Below, in pieces: positions 20,406-29,095 of a stretch of 64,000 nucleotides of DNA. Every line of letters begins with the position of its first letter. The stretch's first letter is position 1. Position numbers and translations under genes: made by a program. Below the pieces are notes generated by a model. That model made no database searches, had not been told where the DNA came from, and saw only the letters and a program-made list of their open reading frames with translations. The stretch is from a virus, in the IMG/VR virus record IMGVR_UViG_3300045988_105372, positions 51,462 to 115,461 of that record; one strand, written 5' to 3'.

Positions 20406-20546
20406 TTTTATTCCAAAGTATTAAATAACAACGTTCTCCTTCTAAATTTGAATACCACAATATACATTGGTTATCTGTAATATCTAATCTTGGATCAATT
20501 ATAATTATTACCAAAATAATAGTTATAATAAGTCCCAAAATATACA

Positions 20547-21356
20547 TTAGATAACCTTAAACATTGTAACATTCTCAGGAAGATTGTCCCAGTCTTTATA
20601 AGAATTAGTAAACCATACGTGATTAAAATTTTCTGACAGATTCTTTATACCCTTAGGATTTACCATATGAGTAACTGCGATATTCAAACGTTCCTTAGGA
20701 ACACCTAAAGTATTAAATGCTTTAGCAATACCACAAAAAGTGCCTCCACCATCACATAAATCATCAAGAATTAATAATGGTTTATCACTAATTATTTCAG
20801 GATTGTCTATTTTAATCTCTAAGATTCTTCCAGTAGTTAAATCTCGAACTTTACTACAAGTAATTGCTGTACGATTATATCTGAATTCATTTCTCTTTTC
20901 AGCTCCAGCATCTGGGAAAACTAATTGAAATTCTTTCCAAGTATTATTAGATGGATTCTTTTCAGCGTAAAGAGGCATGAATTTAACTCCGAATCTAGGA
21001 TCATAATAAACATCAGAATGAGGTTCTAAAATTTCAATAGTCTCTGCATTACAATTTTTTAATACATTTAAGACTATTTTTAAAGTGAATGGTCTATTGA
21101 AAACCATTACTCGATCCATTCTCATACTCATTAAGTAATAGATATTTATTTTATATAGAACTTCATGTCTATCAAGGATATCTAAAACTTGCATAAGTAT
21201 AAATAAGTCTTCAGCATTAGTAATTCTACATTGCACTAATACTTGCTCCTTATGGCTGAATTCTTCTAATGAAATTTGAACTTCCCCATCAGGGAATCTA
21301 GAGATAGAATACTTAATATCACTATCTTCTAAATGTACTAAATTTAATTGTTGCAT
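20547..21356 (-). CDS. ribose-phosphate pyrophosphokinase (Prs)-like phosphoribosyltransferase-fold protein; candidate ADP-ribose pyrophosphate synthetase (Adps) of NARP1
   Basis: PRPP/PRTase loop LLILDDLCDGGGTF; sits 2 genes from NAMPT-like gene. Confidence 0.55.
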   Translation of the reverse strand: MQQLNLVHLEDSDIKYSISRFPDGEVQISLEEFSHKEQVLVQCRITNAEDLFILMQVLDILDRHEVLYKINIYYLMSMRMDRVMVFNRPFTLKIVLNVLKNCNAETIEILEPHSDVYYDPRFGVKFMPLYAEKNPSNNTWKEFQLVFPDAGAEKRNEFRYNRTAITCSKVRDLTTGRILEIKIDNPEIISDKPLLILDDLCDGGGTFCGIAKAFNTLGVPKERLNIAVTHMVNPKGIKNLSENFNHVWFTNSYKDWDNLPENVTMFKVI

Positions 21357-21838
21357 AATTTATAAATATAAAGAGTTATTGTTGAATCATTAGCAAAAAG
21401 TTCTTGGAGCATAGGATAAACTACTCCGTCCCAATCTCCTCCTGCTAATCCACATCCTAATTTATAAGGAATGCCTATCTCTGTAATCTCGTTATCTTTA
21501 CAAAAGTCTTTTAAATCTAATAAAGCTTTTTTAAGAGCATCATAATCAGTATGCCTATTTTCAAAAGGAGCTACTGATTCAGTGAAAGAATATTCTCCAA
21601 ATAAATTAGCTACGAGATTAATAGGTTCATCTCCTGTTATACATACTTGACATTTCCCTAATAATTTTTTAGAATATTTAAAATATTTACAATAATTGGC
21701 ATATCGTGTATATACGCTATTCCATTTATTTTTAATAGCCTTAGCTATACCTGCCCCCATTACTCCTAAACAATTAGTTTGATGGGCTATAAGAGGTAAG
21801 TTTGATTGGAGTAAATCTCCATTAACAACTTCTATCAT
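21344..21838 (-). CDS. macro domain (ADP-ribose-binding/hydrolysing) protein (164 aa)
   Basis: IAHQTNCLGVMGAGIAKAI ... GIPYKLGCGLAGGDW macro-domain glycine-rich motifs. Confidence 0.6.
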   Translation of the reverse strand: MIEVVNGDLLQSNLPLIAHQTNCLGVMGAGIAKAIKNKWNSVYTRYANYCKYFKYSKKLLGKCQVCITGDEPINLVANLFGEYSFTESVAPFENRHTDYDALKKALLDLKDFCKDNEITEIGIPYKLGCGLAGGDWDGVVYPMLQELFANDSTITLYIYKLCNN

Positions 21839-23388
21839 ACTAATGTTGAATTTACACGTTCACGAATTTCAGAAAGAGAATATTCTCTTACTAATTCTCC
21901 ATCTACAAAGACTGTTTTAAGACAACCTTGCAGTTCTGCATCCTTGGTCTGCTGGTCATAAGCGACATACTTACCATCCTCTTTTTCAACTCTTATAAGA
22001 CCTTTGAGAGAGTTCTTTGTTCCATCATCAGTCTTTGGGTGCTTATAGATTTCTATAAGTTTACCATTAATGGTGCATGCGGTCGCTTTAACTGCGAAAC
22101 CCAAAGAATCTCTACTCTTAAACTGATAAGTATAAGATCCAATACCTAGAACAAGATTACAAGCTGCCATATGAGCGTTTTCCAATCTAGCATAGATATC
22201 ACGCTGACGCTCCAGAGTAATAGAATCTCCATAAAGCAATCCAACCTTGGTACTTGGATAACGATAGTCATTTACAGTAGTATTCCATCCAAAGATTTTT
22301 CCTAGCATATAATATGCTCCATAGTACTGACCTTCAGATACTTCTACATAATGATTTTCATCATCGTCCATAAATGGATTGAAATCACAGTAATACTTAC
22401 CTTCTTTCATAGCAGTATGATAGTGAGGATTTGTACGAAGACCACAAATAATGTCTACTGGATCACCACTATCAGGACGAATTACTACTCGACCAACACG
22501 TTTCATAATATCTGCCTTAAGCTTAGGCAAGAATTTCTCAACTACCTGCCAAAAATCCCAAGTATCAGATACTATTGAGATAATACCTGTTGGATATAAG
22601 TCATTAATAAGACGGCGGTATGTTTCAATCTCACCATCCTCACCTCCTGCGCACATTACTGAATGTTCCGAAGCCGGAACAGTTGCAGCTACAAGTTCTT
22701 CAGTAACATTTGCATTGTAATAATGTTCTACTGCTTCAATAGCAGGAATTGTTTCACTACCACAGAATGAAGTCATATGAGCCATACCGGAGATAATAGC
22801 AGCATCAAGTCCTGCCATACCTCTCATTGAGAAATCGTGACAAGAGAAACCTAGATTTACTTCCTCTGGGAATCCAGTCTTTCTAGCATGTTCCATAAGT
22901 CTCTTTTTATAGAGACGAGCACTTGTTGCAGAAGTACAAGGGAGCCATAGAGTACAACTAATTAAAGTTTCCAAGTAATTAGTCAACCAGAAGAAATCAG
23001 GAAGAGTGTTCTTAATAGTCATCATAGGTACTCTTATAGGACAGATAGAACCTTCAGGAAGAGCTTTAATTTCAATAGGAAGATACCCCAGATCATAAAG
23101 TTCTTCAATATGCTTTGTCCCAACCTGGTTAAGGTCTACAAAGTTACCTACACGATAAGCAAATTGCTTAATAGCTTCTTCCTTAGGAAGAGCAAACCAT
23201 TTGTTAAATTCCTCTATCAAATACTTCTTTACAAAGTACTGAATACCAAATACTACAGAACCTTCTGTAGCTTCTGGGAAGTAACGATTACTTCTAGGAG
23301 TCCAGTTACTATAGACCATTTGTGTACCCTCTGGGTACATACGATGATGACCAAGCTTGTAGCCATCAGTTGCATTAATAATTTCCAT
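21835..23388 (-). CDS. nadV: nicotinamide phosphoribosyltransferase (NAMPT/NadV) family protein; candidate nicotinamide ADPR transferase (Namat)
   Basis: 517 aa; N-terminal NATDGYKLGHH...YSNWTPRS and overall length typical of NAMPT family. Confidence 0.65.
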   Translation of the reverse strand: MEIINATDGYKLGHHRMYPEGTQMVYSNWTPRSNRYFPEATEGSVVFGIQYFVKKYLIEEFNKWFALPKEEAIKQFAYRVGNFVDLNQVGTKHIEELYDLGYLPIEIKALPEGSICPIRVPMMTIKNTLPDFFWLTNYLETLISCTLWLPCTSATSARLYKKRLMEHARKTGFPEEVNLGFSCHDFSMRGMAGLDAAIISGMAHMTSFCGSETIPAIEAVEHYYNANVTEELVAATVPASEHSVMCAGGEDGEIETYRRLINDLYPTGIISIVSDTWDFWQVVEKFLPKLKADIMKRVGRVVIRPDSGDPVDIICGLRTNPHYHTAMKEGKYYCDFNPFMDDDENHYVEVSEGQYYGAYYMLGKIFGWNTTVNDYRYPSTKVGLLYGDSITLERQRDIYARLENAHMAACNLVLGIGSYTYQFKSRDSLGFAVKATACTINGKLIEIYKHPKTDDGTKNSLKGLIRVEKEDGKYVAYDQQTKDAELQGCLKTVFVDGELVREYSLSEIRERVNSTLV

Positions 23389-23878
23389 TAATTGATTCTT
23401 TTAATGTTAAACCTATACTATATTTATAAAACACTTCAGTTATATAACTCTTAGTTTTTTTGTGGATTTTCATATGAGGCTGTTGTTTAAGCCACCATGT
23501 ATATTCTCTTCTAGGGTCAGCTCCATATGTTTTAGCTGCTGCTAAATAATCACATATAAGTTCTAGAACATATTTTTTAGGCATTTTAGCAGGAATTCCT
23601 CCATTATCTAAGGAATGTATCCAATATTCATAATGATGAGGATTTCTTCCTCTATGGTGAAGGAATGTTTGACTATATCCTAATATTCTACACTCATTCG
23701 CTAAAGAGCTCATTTTATCATCCCAATACTTAATAGCTCTTGAAAATTCTGTAAAACTAAATTTAGACAAATCATGAGTAATACCTTGCCAATATAATCC
23801 TATTTGAAAGCAATATTTAGCAACATAATACTTATGAGTTAAGATTCGCTTTATTAATTTCAACCAAACTAAGTTCAT
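23375..23878 (-). CDS. hypothetical protein (167 aa), His-rich patch HHRGRNPHHYEYW
   Basis: ORF track. Confidence 0.45.
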   Translation of the reverse strand: MNLVWLKLIKRILTHKYYVAKYCFQIGLYWQGITHDLSKFSFTEFSRAIKYWDDKMSSLANECRILGYSQTFLHHRGRNPHHYEYWIHSLDNGGIPAKMPKKYVLELICDYLAAAKTYGADPRREYTWWLKQQPHMKIHKKTKSYITEVFYKYSIGLTLKESINGNY

Positions 23879-24102
23879 AATGCTGATAATTTATTTATAT
23901 AAATATCTGAATATTTCTTTCCAAGTTTTTGCATTATACTATAGAAACTTCTTCTAAAACTGCTATCTTTCATACACAATATCTTTATATTAGAAATTAA
24001 ATCTTCTGGTATATGTGCTTCAGAATATTCTTTAGACACTATTTCAGAAGATTTAATTAATTCTACTAATAAAGATACTTGATTAGCTTTTTGATAATTC
24101 AT
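23875..24102 (-). CDS. hypothetical protein (75 aa)
   Basis: ORF track. Confidence 0.35.
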   Translation of the reverse strand: MNYQKANQVSLLVELIKSSEIVSKEYSEAHIPEDLISNIKILCMKDSSFRRSFYSIMQKLGKKYSDIYINKLSAL

Positions 24103-24284
24103 AAGTGAGAATCCCTAATTGCTGTATAATATCCTAGAATAAAAAAGTCTTTACACTTTCCTAACTCTCTATTAAACATTAATAGATATATAGGAGACTC
24201 TGCAATTAATGTTTTCCAAGCTTTATTTACTTTTATTTCAAGAGTATCTGAATTCATAATCCTTCTTTTTCTAAGGAATTCCAA
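24099..24284 (-). CDS. hypothetical protein (61 aa)
   Basis: ORF track. Confidence 0.3.
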   Translation of the reverse strand: MEFLRKRRIMNSDTLEIKVNKAWKTLIAESPIYLLMFNRELGKCKDFFILGYYTAIRDSHL

Positions 24285-24320
24285 TAGTCTGCTTCTAGAT
24301 CATTCCAATAATCATCTAGA

Positions 24321-24548
24321 TCACTTATAATATCTGTTAGATCTTCCATCAGGTATACAATATAAAATTAGCAATATAATACAGAGTATAATTATAAGTC
24401 CTATTCCTATTAAGAATGGGCTAAAAACAACTAACCATGAAATATCTGAATGTAAAATAACTTTAGCAACTAATAAAATAATAAAAGTTACTGGAATAAC
24501 CCATCCTCCACATCCTAAATTTACATTTACTTTATCACTTGACAACAT
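24321..24548 (-). CDS. small membrane protein (75 aa)
   Basis: ORF track; hydrophobic. Confidence 0.35.
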   Translation of the reverse strand: MLSSDKVNVNLGCGGWVIPVTFIILLVAKVILHSDISWLVVFSPFLIGIGLIIILCIILLILYCIPDGRSNRYYK

Positions 24549-24717
24549 TTAATAAAGACTTTATATAATCAATAGATTCCTTCACAGATAAGCAGCCTCC
24601 ACTCTTTAACATAATGTAAGAGCTTTCACCAACTTCTTCTACTAAGGAAATATCATCTACGGCTATTAAATATCTTCTATTAATATTGTCATTGTCTAAT
24701 GTTAAATCAATAAACAC
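24535..24717 (-). CDS. hypothetical protein (60 aa)
   Basis: ORF track. Confidence 0.3.
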   Translation of the reverse strand: MFIDLTLDNDNINRRYLIAVDDISLVEEVGESSYIMLKSGGCLSVKESIDYIKSLLNVVK

Positions 24718-24782
24718 ATTTAATCATATTAATAATTTTCTATAATAATCATCTACGTTATGATAAGTAAGATAATATAATA

Positions 24783-24983
24783 CTATAAAGATTTAATTCT
24801 AGTACAGATCGTTTCTACAGCATTATTAAACTCTTGCTTATTACTATCTAAAATAGTTTCTCTTAAAAACCCTAAATATGAAGTACTACGACTAGTAATA
24901 GATGGTAATTTAAGATTTACTACAATACATTTATTACCATCTATTCTAATTCGTAATGCTCCACACTTTTTATACTTAACCAT
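24783..24983 (-). CDS. hypothetical protein (66 aa)
   Basis: ORF track. Confidence 0.3.
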   Translation of the reverse strand: MVKYKKCGALRIRIDGNKCIVVNLKLPSITSRSTSYLGFLRETILDSNKQEFNNAVETICTRIKSL

Positions 24984-25091
24984 TTAAATTAATAAATATT
25001 AGTAATGCTAATACAAAAATAGGGACTAATAAGATAAACTTACTAGTCCCTTTCTCCTTGCCATCAAAGGCTTCTACAATTTCTTTTAATG

Positions 25092-25514
25092 TCATCTGTT
25101 CATCATATAATTAAAAAATTTATTTTTTGGAAGAGTTCTTAATAATTTTAAAGTATCACTTGCGTAGAAATATCCATCAGTATAATAGTGACTTCCTTCA
25201 GGAATTATAAATAAACCTATAGTATCAATAGATTCATCAATATCAAAACTATTATGTGTATCTCCACGACATTCATATCTTCCAGCATAAGGACTTACTA
25301 TCTTTATATTATATCCAAAAGAATGTAGTCCTATATCTACAGATACACTATTCTTATTTCTGTCTAAGTATGATGTATAAGTTTCTCCTATATTATATCT
25401 ATAATTAAATATTGGTGAATAATAACCTAACCTACCATAATTTATTAGAGCTTTCCATACACATATGTTAGAAGTAGCTACACATTCTTCTTTATATCGC
25501 AAATATAAACACAT
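25092..25514 (-). CDS. member of 4-copy paralog family (MC[WL]... VYK, GYHS(Y/F), FIIP(K/E)G motifs) (140 aa)
   Basis: shared motifs with 43463..43858, 44324..44761, 44765..45208. Confidence 0.45.
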   Translation of the reverse strand: MCLYLRYKEECVATSNICVWKALINYGRLGYYSPIFNYRYNIGETYTSYLDRNKNSVSVDIGLHSFGYNIKIVSPYAGRYECRGDTHNSFDIDESIDTIGLFIIPEGSHYYTDGYFYASDTLKLLRTLPKNKFFNYMMNR

Positions 25515-25897
25515 TATTTAAGAATTTTAACTTTTACATGTTTGATACTGATTCGTTTAGAATTTTTGGGGTGTATTAATATATCAATACGATGTTTATG
25601 TCTTTTATTCATAACATCCCTAACTTCATATATCCCAAATCCTTCTATAAATACTTTTTTAGGTTTATTCTTTGGAAATAAATAAAGTAAATCACGAGAT
25701 ATAGCACACCACTTAATTTTATTATGTTTTAAATGGTGTAAATTTATTTTAGAACCATCAGCTGTAACTAATGGTTTACTGTCACATTGACTCTTTACTG
25801 GCTGATAACAAGTAAGAGTTACATGAGTTATTGTTTGAGCAATACTTTTAGTGCATAAGAAACATAATAATATTAATATAAATTTAAATCTTCTCAT
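25514..25897 (-). CDS. secreted protein with signal peptide (127 aa)
   Basis: MRRFKFILILLCFLCTKSIAQ signal peptide. Confidence 0.45.
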   Translation of the reverse strand: MRRFKFILILLCFLCTKSIAQTITHVTLTCYQPVKSQCDSKPLVTADGSKINLHHLKHNKIKWCAISRDLLYLFPKNKPKKVFIEGFGIYEVRDVMNKRHKHRIDILIHPKNSKRISIKHVKVKILK

Positions 25898-25912
25898 TAT
25901 AAATAATCTTTA

Positions 25913-26314
25913 TTAGTTATGGTATATATTACCACTCATAGTACTAACATTTCCACCAACATTACCACAAGTAACATCACCACTCATTGTTAATACTCCA
26001 CCTTTAACGTCTTTACAAGTTACATCACCACTAGCCGTATTAATAGTTGTAACATCTCCTGTAACTGAAACATTACCACTACCAGTATGTACACTAGCTA
26101 CATTACCTTCTATTTTCACTTCTATAGATGGACTTTTAAGATCTTCTCTTAATTTTCCATTTACATAAATTTTACCATTATTAATACTAATGGTTTGTGC
26201 TCCTTCTATTTTAACATTGTTAATCCAAGTAGTACCATTAATATCATTTAATGTTGTTTCAATTGTATTAATTATTTCCATAATATATAAAATTTTTAAA
26301 ATGTATACAAACAA
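25913..26314 (-). CDS. bactofilin-like beta-helix repeat protein (133 aa)
   Basis: repeats of G(N/D)V(S/T)V/TGDVT...: VKIEGNVASVHTGSGNVSVTGDVTTINTASGDVTCKDVKGGVLTMSGDVTCGNVGGNVSTMSGNIY. Confidence 0.45.
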   Translation of the reverse strand: MFVYILKILYIMEIINTIETTLNDINGTTWINNVKIEGAQTISINNGKIYVNGKLREDLKSPSIEVKIEGNVASVHTGSGNVSVTGDVTTINTASGDVTCKDVKGGVLTMSGDVTCGNVGGNVSTMSGNIYHN

Positions 26315-26370
26315 AAAAAGTCGAGCTTATTGCCCGACTCAACATCAGTAAGTACCCCTTTGGTACTTAC
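26307..26370 (-). terminator. tandem-hairpin rho-independent terminator ending the upstream tRNA array transcript
   Basis: hairpins AGTCG...CGACT (26319-26339) and GTAAGTACC-CCTTT-GGTACTTAC (26348-26370); A-run 26307-26319 on plus = U-run on minus. Confidence 0.5.
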
Positions 26371-26740
26371 AAATTAAATAATAAGATTAAATAATTGGAG
26401 GCATGTATAATCTACAATACTGATTAGCATACCAAGTCCAACCCTTCTTAAATGCTTTTAAAGTTCTTTTTAAAATTTTCATCATAATAAATCAAATTTA
26501 AAGTTTAACTTATAAAATATCTAGGAGGAGAGTTTAAAAAATTAAGAATCCCAGGTAAATCACCCCTGTTAGAGACATGGTCTCTATTTTTATTATTTAG
26601 GATTCTATAGGAATGCAAAAAACCATCGAATCATTCCAGTTCGTAGGTTCTACGACACCTAATAGGCGAGTATGCATCGTTGAGAGGCACCCTATAAGTT
26701 ACGTTGCTCCTGTAACTAGTATTCTAGAGCTTTATCATAG

Positions 26741-26818
26741 TGTGAGATGTGGGAATCAAACCCACGCAAGCCTTCACATTGGAAGTGTGATGTGCGCCTT
26801 CAACTACACTAATCTCAC
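26741..26818 (-). tRNA. tRNA-Gly(UCC)
   Basis: manual cloverleaf: acceptor GTGAGAT/ATCTCAC, anticodon arm TCACA-CTTCCAA-TGTGA, T-arm GTGGG-TTTGATT-CCCAC. Confidence 0.6.
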
Positions 26819-26830
26819 ATTGTTTAATAG

Positions 26831-26904
26831 TGGAGCGTAGGAGATTCGAACTCCTAAGAATGCCTGCGTGCAAAGCAGGTGCTGACCATTTGAGCCGACG
26901 CCCC
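26831..26904 (-). tRNA. tRNA-Ala(UGC)
   Basis: acceptor GGGGCGT/ACGCTCC (G3:U70 present), anticodon arm CCTGC-TTTGCAC-GCAGG, T-arm TAGGAG-TTCGAAT-CTCCTA. Confidence 0.7.
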
Positions 26905-26914
26905 AAATTGGAGA

Positions 26915-27391
26915 TTACTCTCCAGTTAATTGTTTTATTTTAAGTTTAGCTTGTGTTAATTTATATATTAAATCAGATATAGTATTTTTATTATCTTTAA
27001 GCTGCTTTCTAAGACCTTTAATAGCTAATTTCATGCTATTAAAGTCTTTCAAATTATTTGCCATAGATTCTAATTCTCTAAAAGACTTAGTATCATCAAA
27101 TAAAGATATATTAACTTTAGCTCTTAACTCTCTAATTTTAAGATTCTGTTTCTCAATCTCATTTTCTAAAGACTGAATCTTATTATTTAAAGATTCTATA
27201 CCAAGTCCATTTTCTAATTCATCTATATAGGATTCTAATTCTCCGATTTTTTGTTCTAATCCAGCATAATGCTTTTTTCTTTCAGCATCATACTCTTTAA
27301 ACCTATTTATTTTGCTTTTTAAAACAGCTATAATAAAATCCTTTTTATCATAAAAGTTTGCGTCAGATTGATAATTAAAAGTTTTTTTCAT
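26915..27391 (-). CDS. coiled-coil protein (158 aa)
   Basis: ORF track; heptad-rich LE/IE sequence. Confidence 0.45.
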   Translation of the reverse strand: MKKTFNYQSDANFYDKKDFIIAVLKSKINRFKEYDAERKKHYAGLEQKIGELESYIDELENGLGIESLNNKIQSLENEIEKQNLKIRELRAKVNISLFDDTKSFRELESMANNLKDFNSMKLAIKGLRKQLKDNKNTISDLIYKLTQAKLKIKQLTGE

Positions 27392-27413
27392 ATTATTTAT
27401 TTTTTTTAATTAG

Positions 27414-27485
27414 TTGTGGGTATTGGACTCGAACCAATGACCGTTTGCTTATGAGACAAACAAGCTACCACTGCTACAACCCACG
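27414..27485 (-). tRNA. tRNA-Met(CAU) (C1:A72 mismatch)
   Basis: anticodon arm TTTGT-CTCATAA-GCAAA, T-arm ATTGG-TTCGAGT-CCAAT. Confidence 0.6.
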
Positions 27486-27494
27486 ATATTAAAG

Positions 27495-27566
27495 AGCTTC
27501 AAGTAGGATTTGAACCTACGACCCGCACTTTACAAGAATGCTGCACTACCACTGTGCTATTGAAGC
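27495..27566 (-). tRNA. tRNA-Thr(UGU)
   Basis: acceptor GCTTCAA/TTGAAGC, anticodon loop CTTGTAA, T-arm GTAGG-TTCAAAT-CCTAC. Confidence 0.65.
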
Positions 27567-27712
27567 TTAAATAAAGGCGAATATGGCATTAGACGGGCGA
27601 ACTATCGTGACCATATTCTAATAATACATTGAGCTATCAGGCATACTCGTGGATCGCCACCGCTACCTCTAACAACCGCCTAGTTAAATGCTAGGTCCTC
27701 TCCATTATTTGC

Positions 27713-27788
27713 GGAATATAAGGGACTCGAACCCTTAGTTTTACTAGAGTGACAGTCTAGTTCCCTTACCAACAGGGCTTAATACTCC
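27713..27788 (-). tRNA. tRNA-Asp(GUC)
   Basis: anticodon arm CTAGA-CTGTCAC-TCTAG, T-arm AAGGG-TTCGAGT-CCCTT, acceptor GGAGTAT/ATATTCC. Confidence 0.65.
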
Positions 27789-27799
27789 ATGTGTCTTTG

Positions 27800-27880
27800 C
27801 GCCTAGACTAGGATTCGAACCTAGGAACCTTTCGGGGCAAGTTAACAGCTTGCTGCCGTTGACCACTTGGCTATCTAGAC
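27800..27880 (-). tRNA. tRNA-Asn(GUU) with unusually long (11-nt, CCCGAAAGG mini-hairpin) variable region
   Basis: anticodon arm GCAAG-CTGTTAA-CTTGC, T-arm CTAGG-TTCGAAT-CCTAG, acceptor GTCTAGA/TCTAGGC. Confidence 0.5.
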
Positions 27881-27891
27881 GAAAGTCCTGA

Positions 27892-28047
27892 TTAATCAGG
27901 ACATACAGTTGAATCAATAGCAGTAGTATCAACTACTGTAGTATCAACATTAATAGAATCATTTGAAGTTGAATTTACTGAATTATTTGAACCAGTAGAA
28001 CAACTCAAGAGTGTAAATAACACACTAAATACAAGTAATTTCTTCAT
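27892..28047 (-). CDS. small lipoprotein (51 aa; MKKLLVFSVLFTLLSCSTG lipobox)
   Basis: manual translation; signal peptide + LSC lipobox; stop inside palindrome CCTGATTAATCAGG. Confidence 0.4.
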   Translation of the reverse strand: MKKLLVFSVLFTLLSCSTGSNNSVNSTSNDSINVDTTVVDTTAIDSTVCPD

Positions 28048-28116
28048 TTTTTATTCTTTTTTATCGTATTGACTATTATAAATCTAAATTTTATTATTCA
28101 AAATATAATTTTAATA

Positions 28117-28156
28117 AAATTTAAAAATGAACCGAGAACTTCCCAATTCTCGGTTC
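28117..28156 (-). terminator. rho-independent terminator (10-bp stem GAACCGAGAA/TTCTCGGTTC + U-run)
   Basis: hairpin 28129-28156, A-run 28117-28128 on plus. Confidence 0.5.
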
Positions 28157-28327
28157 TGTGTACTAAGGTAAGTACGACCCTTCCAATTTCATGTTGAAAT
28201 CTTCAAAAAAGTCAGTATATTTATAGATATATACATCTGGGAATCAGGTTAATCGTAAAATTCGTAACTATAACAGTCCTAACCCGTTTGTGATATAAAT
28301 ATAATTTAACTATAAAAATTATAAAAG

Positions 28328-28549
28328 TTAATTTTTGTTTACTTTATTATTTTTAATTAAATTATTTATTTCTGTCTCTGTGAGTTCTATCTTGTAATCC
28401 CCATAACTTAAAGAATAATTAAAATCAAATAAATAGACAAATTTATTATCTATATATTGAGCACATTGTGGAATTACACTAATATTAATAACTGTAAATT
28501 TAATATTGTCTAAGACAATACTTTCATACAATTTAAATTTGCTAGTCAT
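28328..28549 (-). CDS. hypothetical protein (73 aa)
   Basis: ORF track. Confidence 0.35.
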   Translation of the reverse strand: MTSKFKLYESIVLDNIKFTVINISVIPQCAQYIDNKFVYLFDFNYSLSYGDYKIELTETEINNLIKNNKVNKN

Positions 28550-28587
28550 AATAAACCAAAAGAGGGAACTCTAAATAGAGTCCCCTC
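28549..28587 (-). terminator. rho-independent terminator (GAGGGAACTCT...AGAGTCCCCTC)
   Basis: ~11-bp imperfect stem followed by UUUUGGUUUAUU in minus sense. Confidence 0.45.
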
Positions 28588-28714
28588 AAAAGATTGAGTT
28601 TCCTTTTAATTATCACGACTATAATTCACGTTTCACAACGTTCAATAAGTATTCCTTATTACTGATGCTATTATAGTTGTGAATTTTTTTTCTAAAAATA
28701 AAATCTTAAAAATT

Positions 28715-29083
28715 TTAATTCTGAATCATAGCACGAAGCTCTTCAATAGATTTATTCTCAAGAGCTTCGTCCTCTTTCTTTGCGATAAGCTCAGCAATAC
28801 GTTTGTTACGAGCATCAATCTGTGCTCTATTAATATTGTCTTTACGAGCCTTTAATTTAATATTAATTACATCTTTTACGATGCTGAAACGAAGTTCATC
28901 ATCATTTTCTTCAGCTGGAAGCTCTTCAATGAAAGACTTCTTAGGAGCCTCACTAATTTTCTTATCCAGCATAATAGCTAAAGTGTTAAGATTCTGCAGA
29001 GATAAGTCGAACAAATCTTCTGTAGTAATCATACCCTTGTTTGTCTTAAAACGTAATTTCTTTTGTAATGCTTCTTTGTACAT
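28715..29083 (-). CDS. hypothetical protein (122 aa)
   Basis: ORF track. Confidence 0.45.
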   Translation of the reverse strand: MYKEALQKKLRFKTNKGMITTEDLFDLSLQNLNTLAIMLDKKISEAPKKSFIEELPAEENDDELRFSIVKDVINIKLKARKDNINRAQIDARNKRIAELIAKKEDEALENKSIEELRAMIQN

Positions 29084-29095
29084 TGTTGTTAATTA

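Noticed and set aside
27650-27715. Possible tRNA-Lys(UUU) from hairpin CCTAG-CATTTAA-CTAGG
   Set aside because: No D-arm or T-arm can be formed around it; position 33 would be A.
26724-27932. ORFs 26724..26906(-) and 27744..27932(-)
   Set aside because: Entirely overlap well-formed tRNA genes (Gly/Ala and Asp/Asn).
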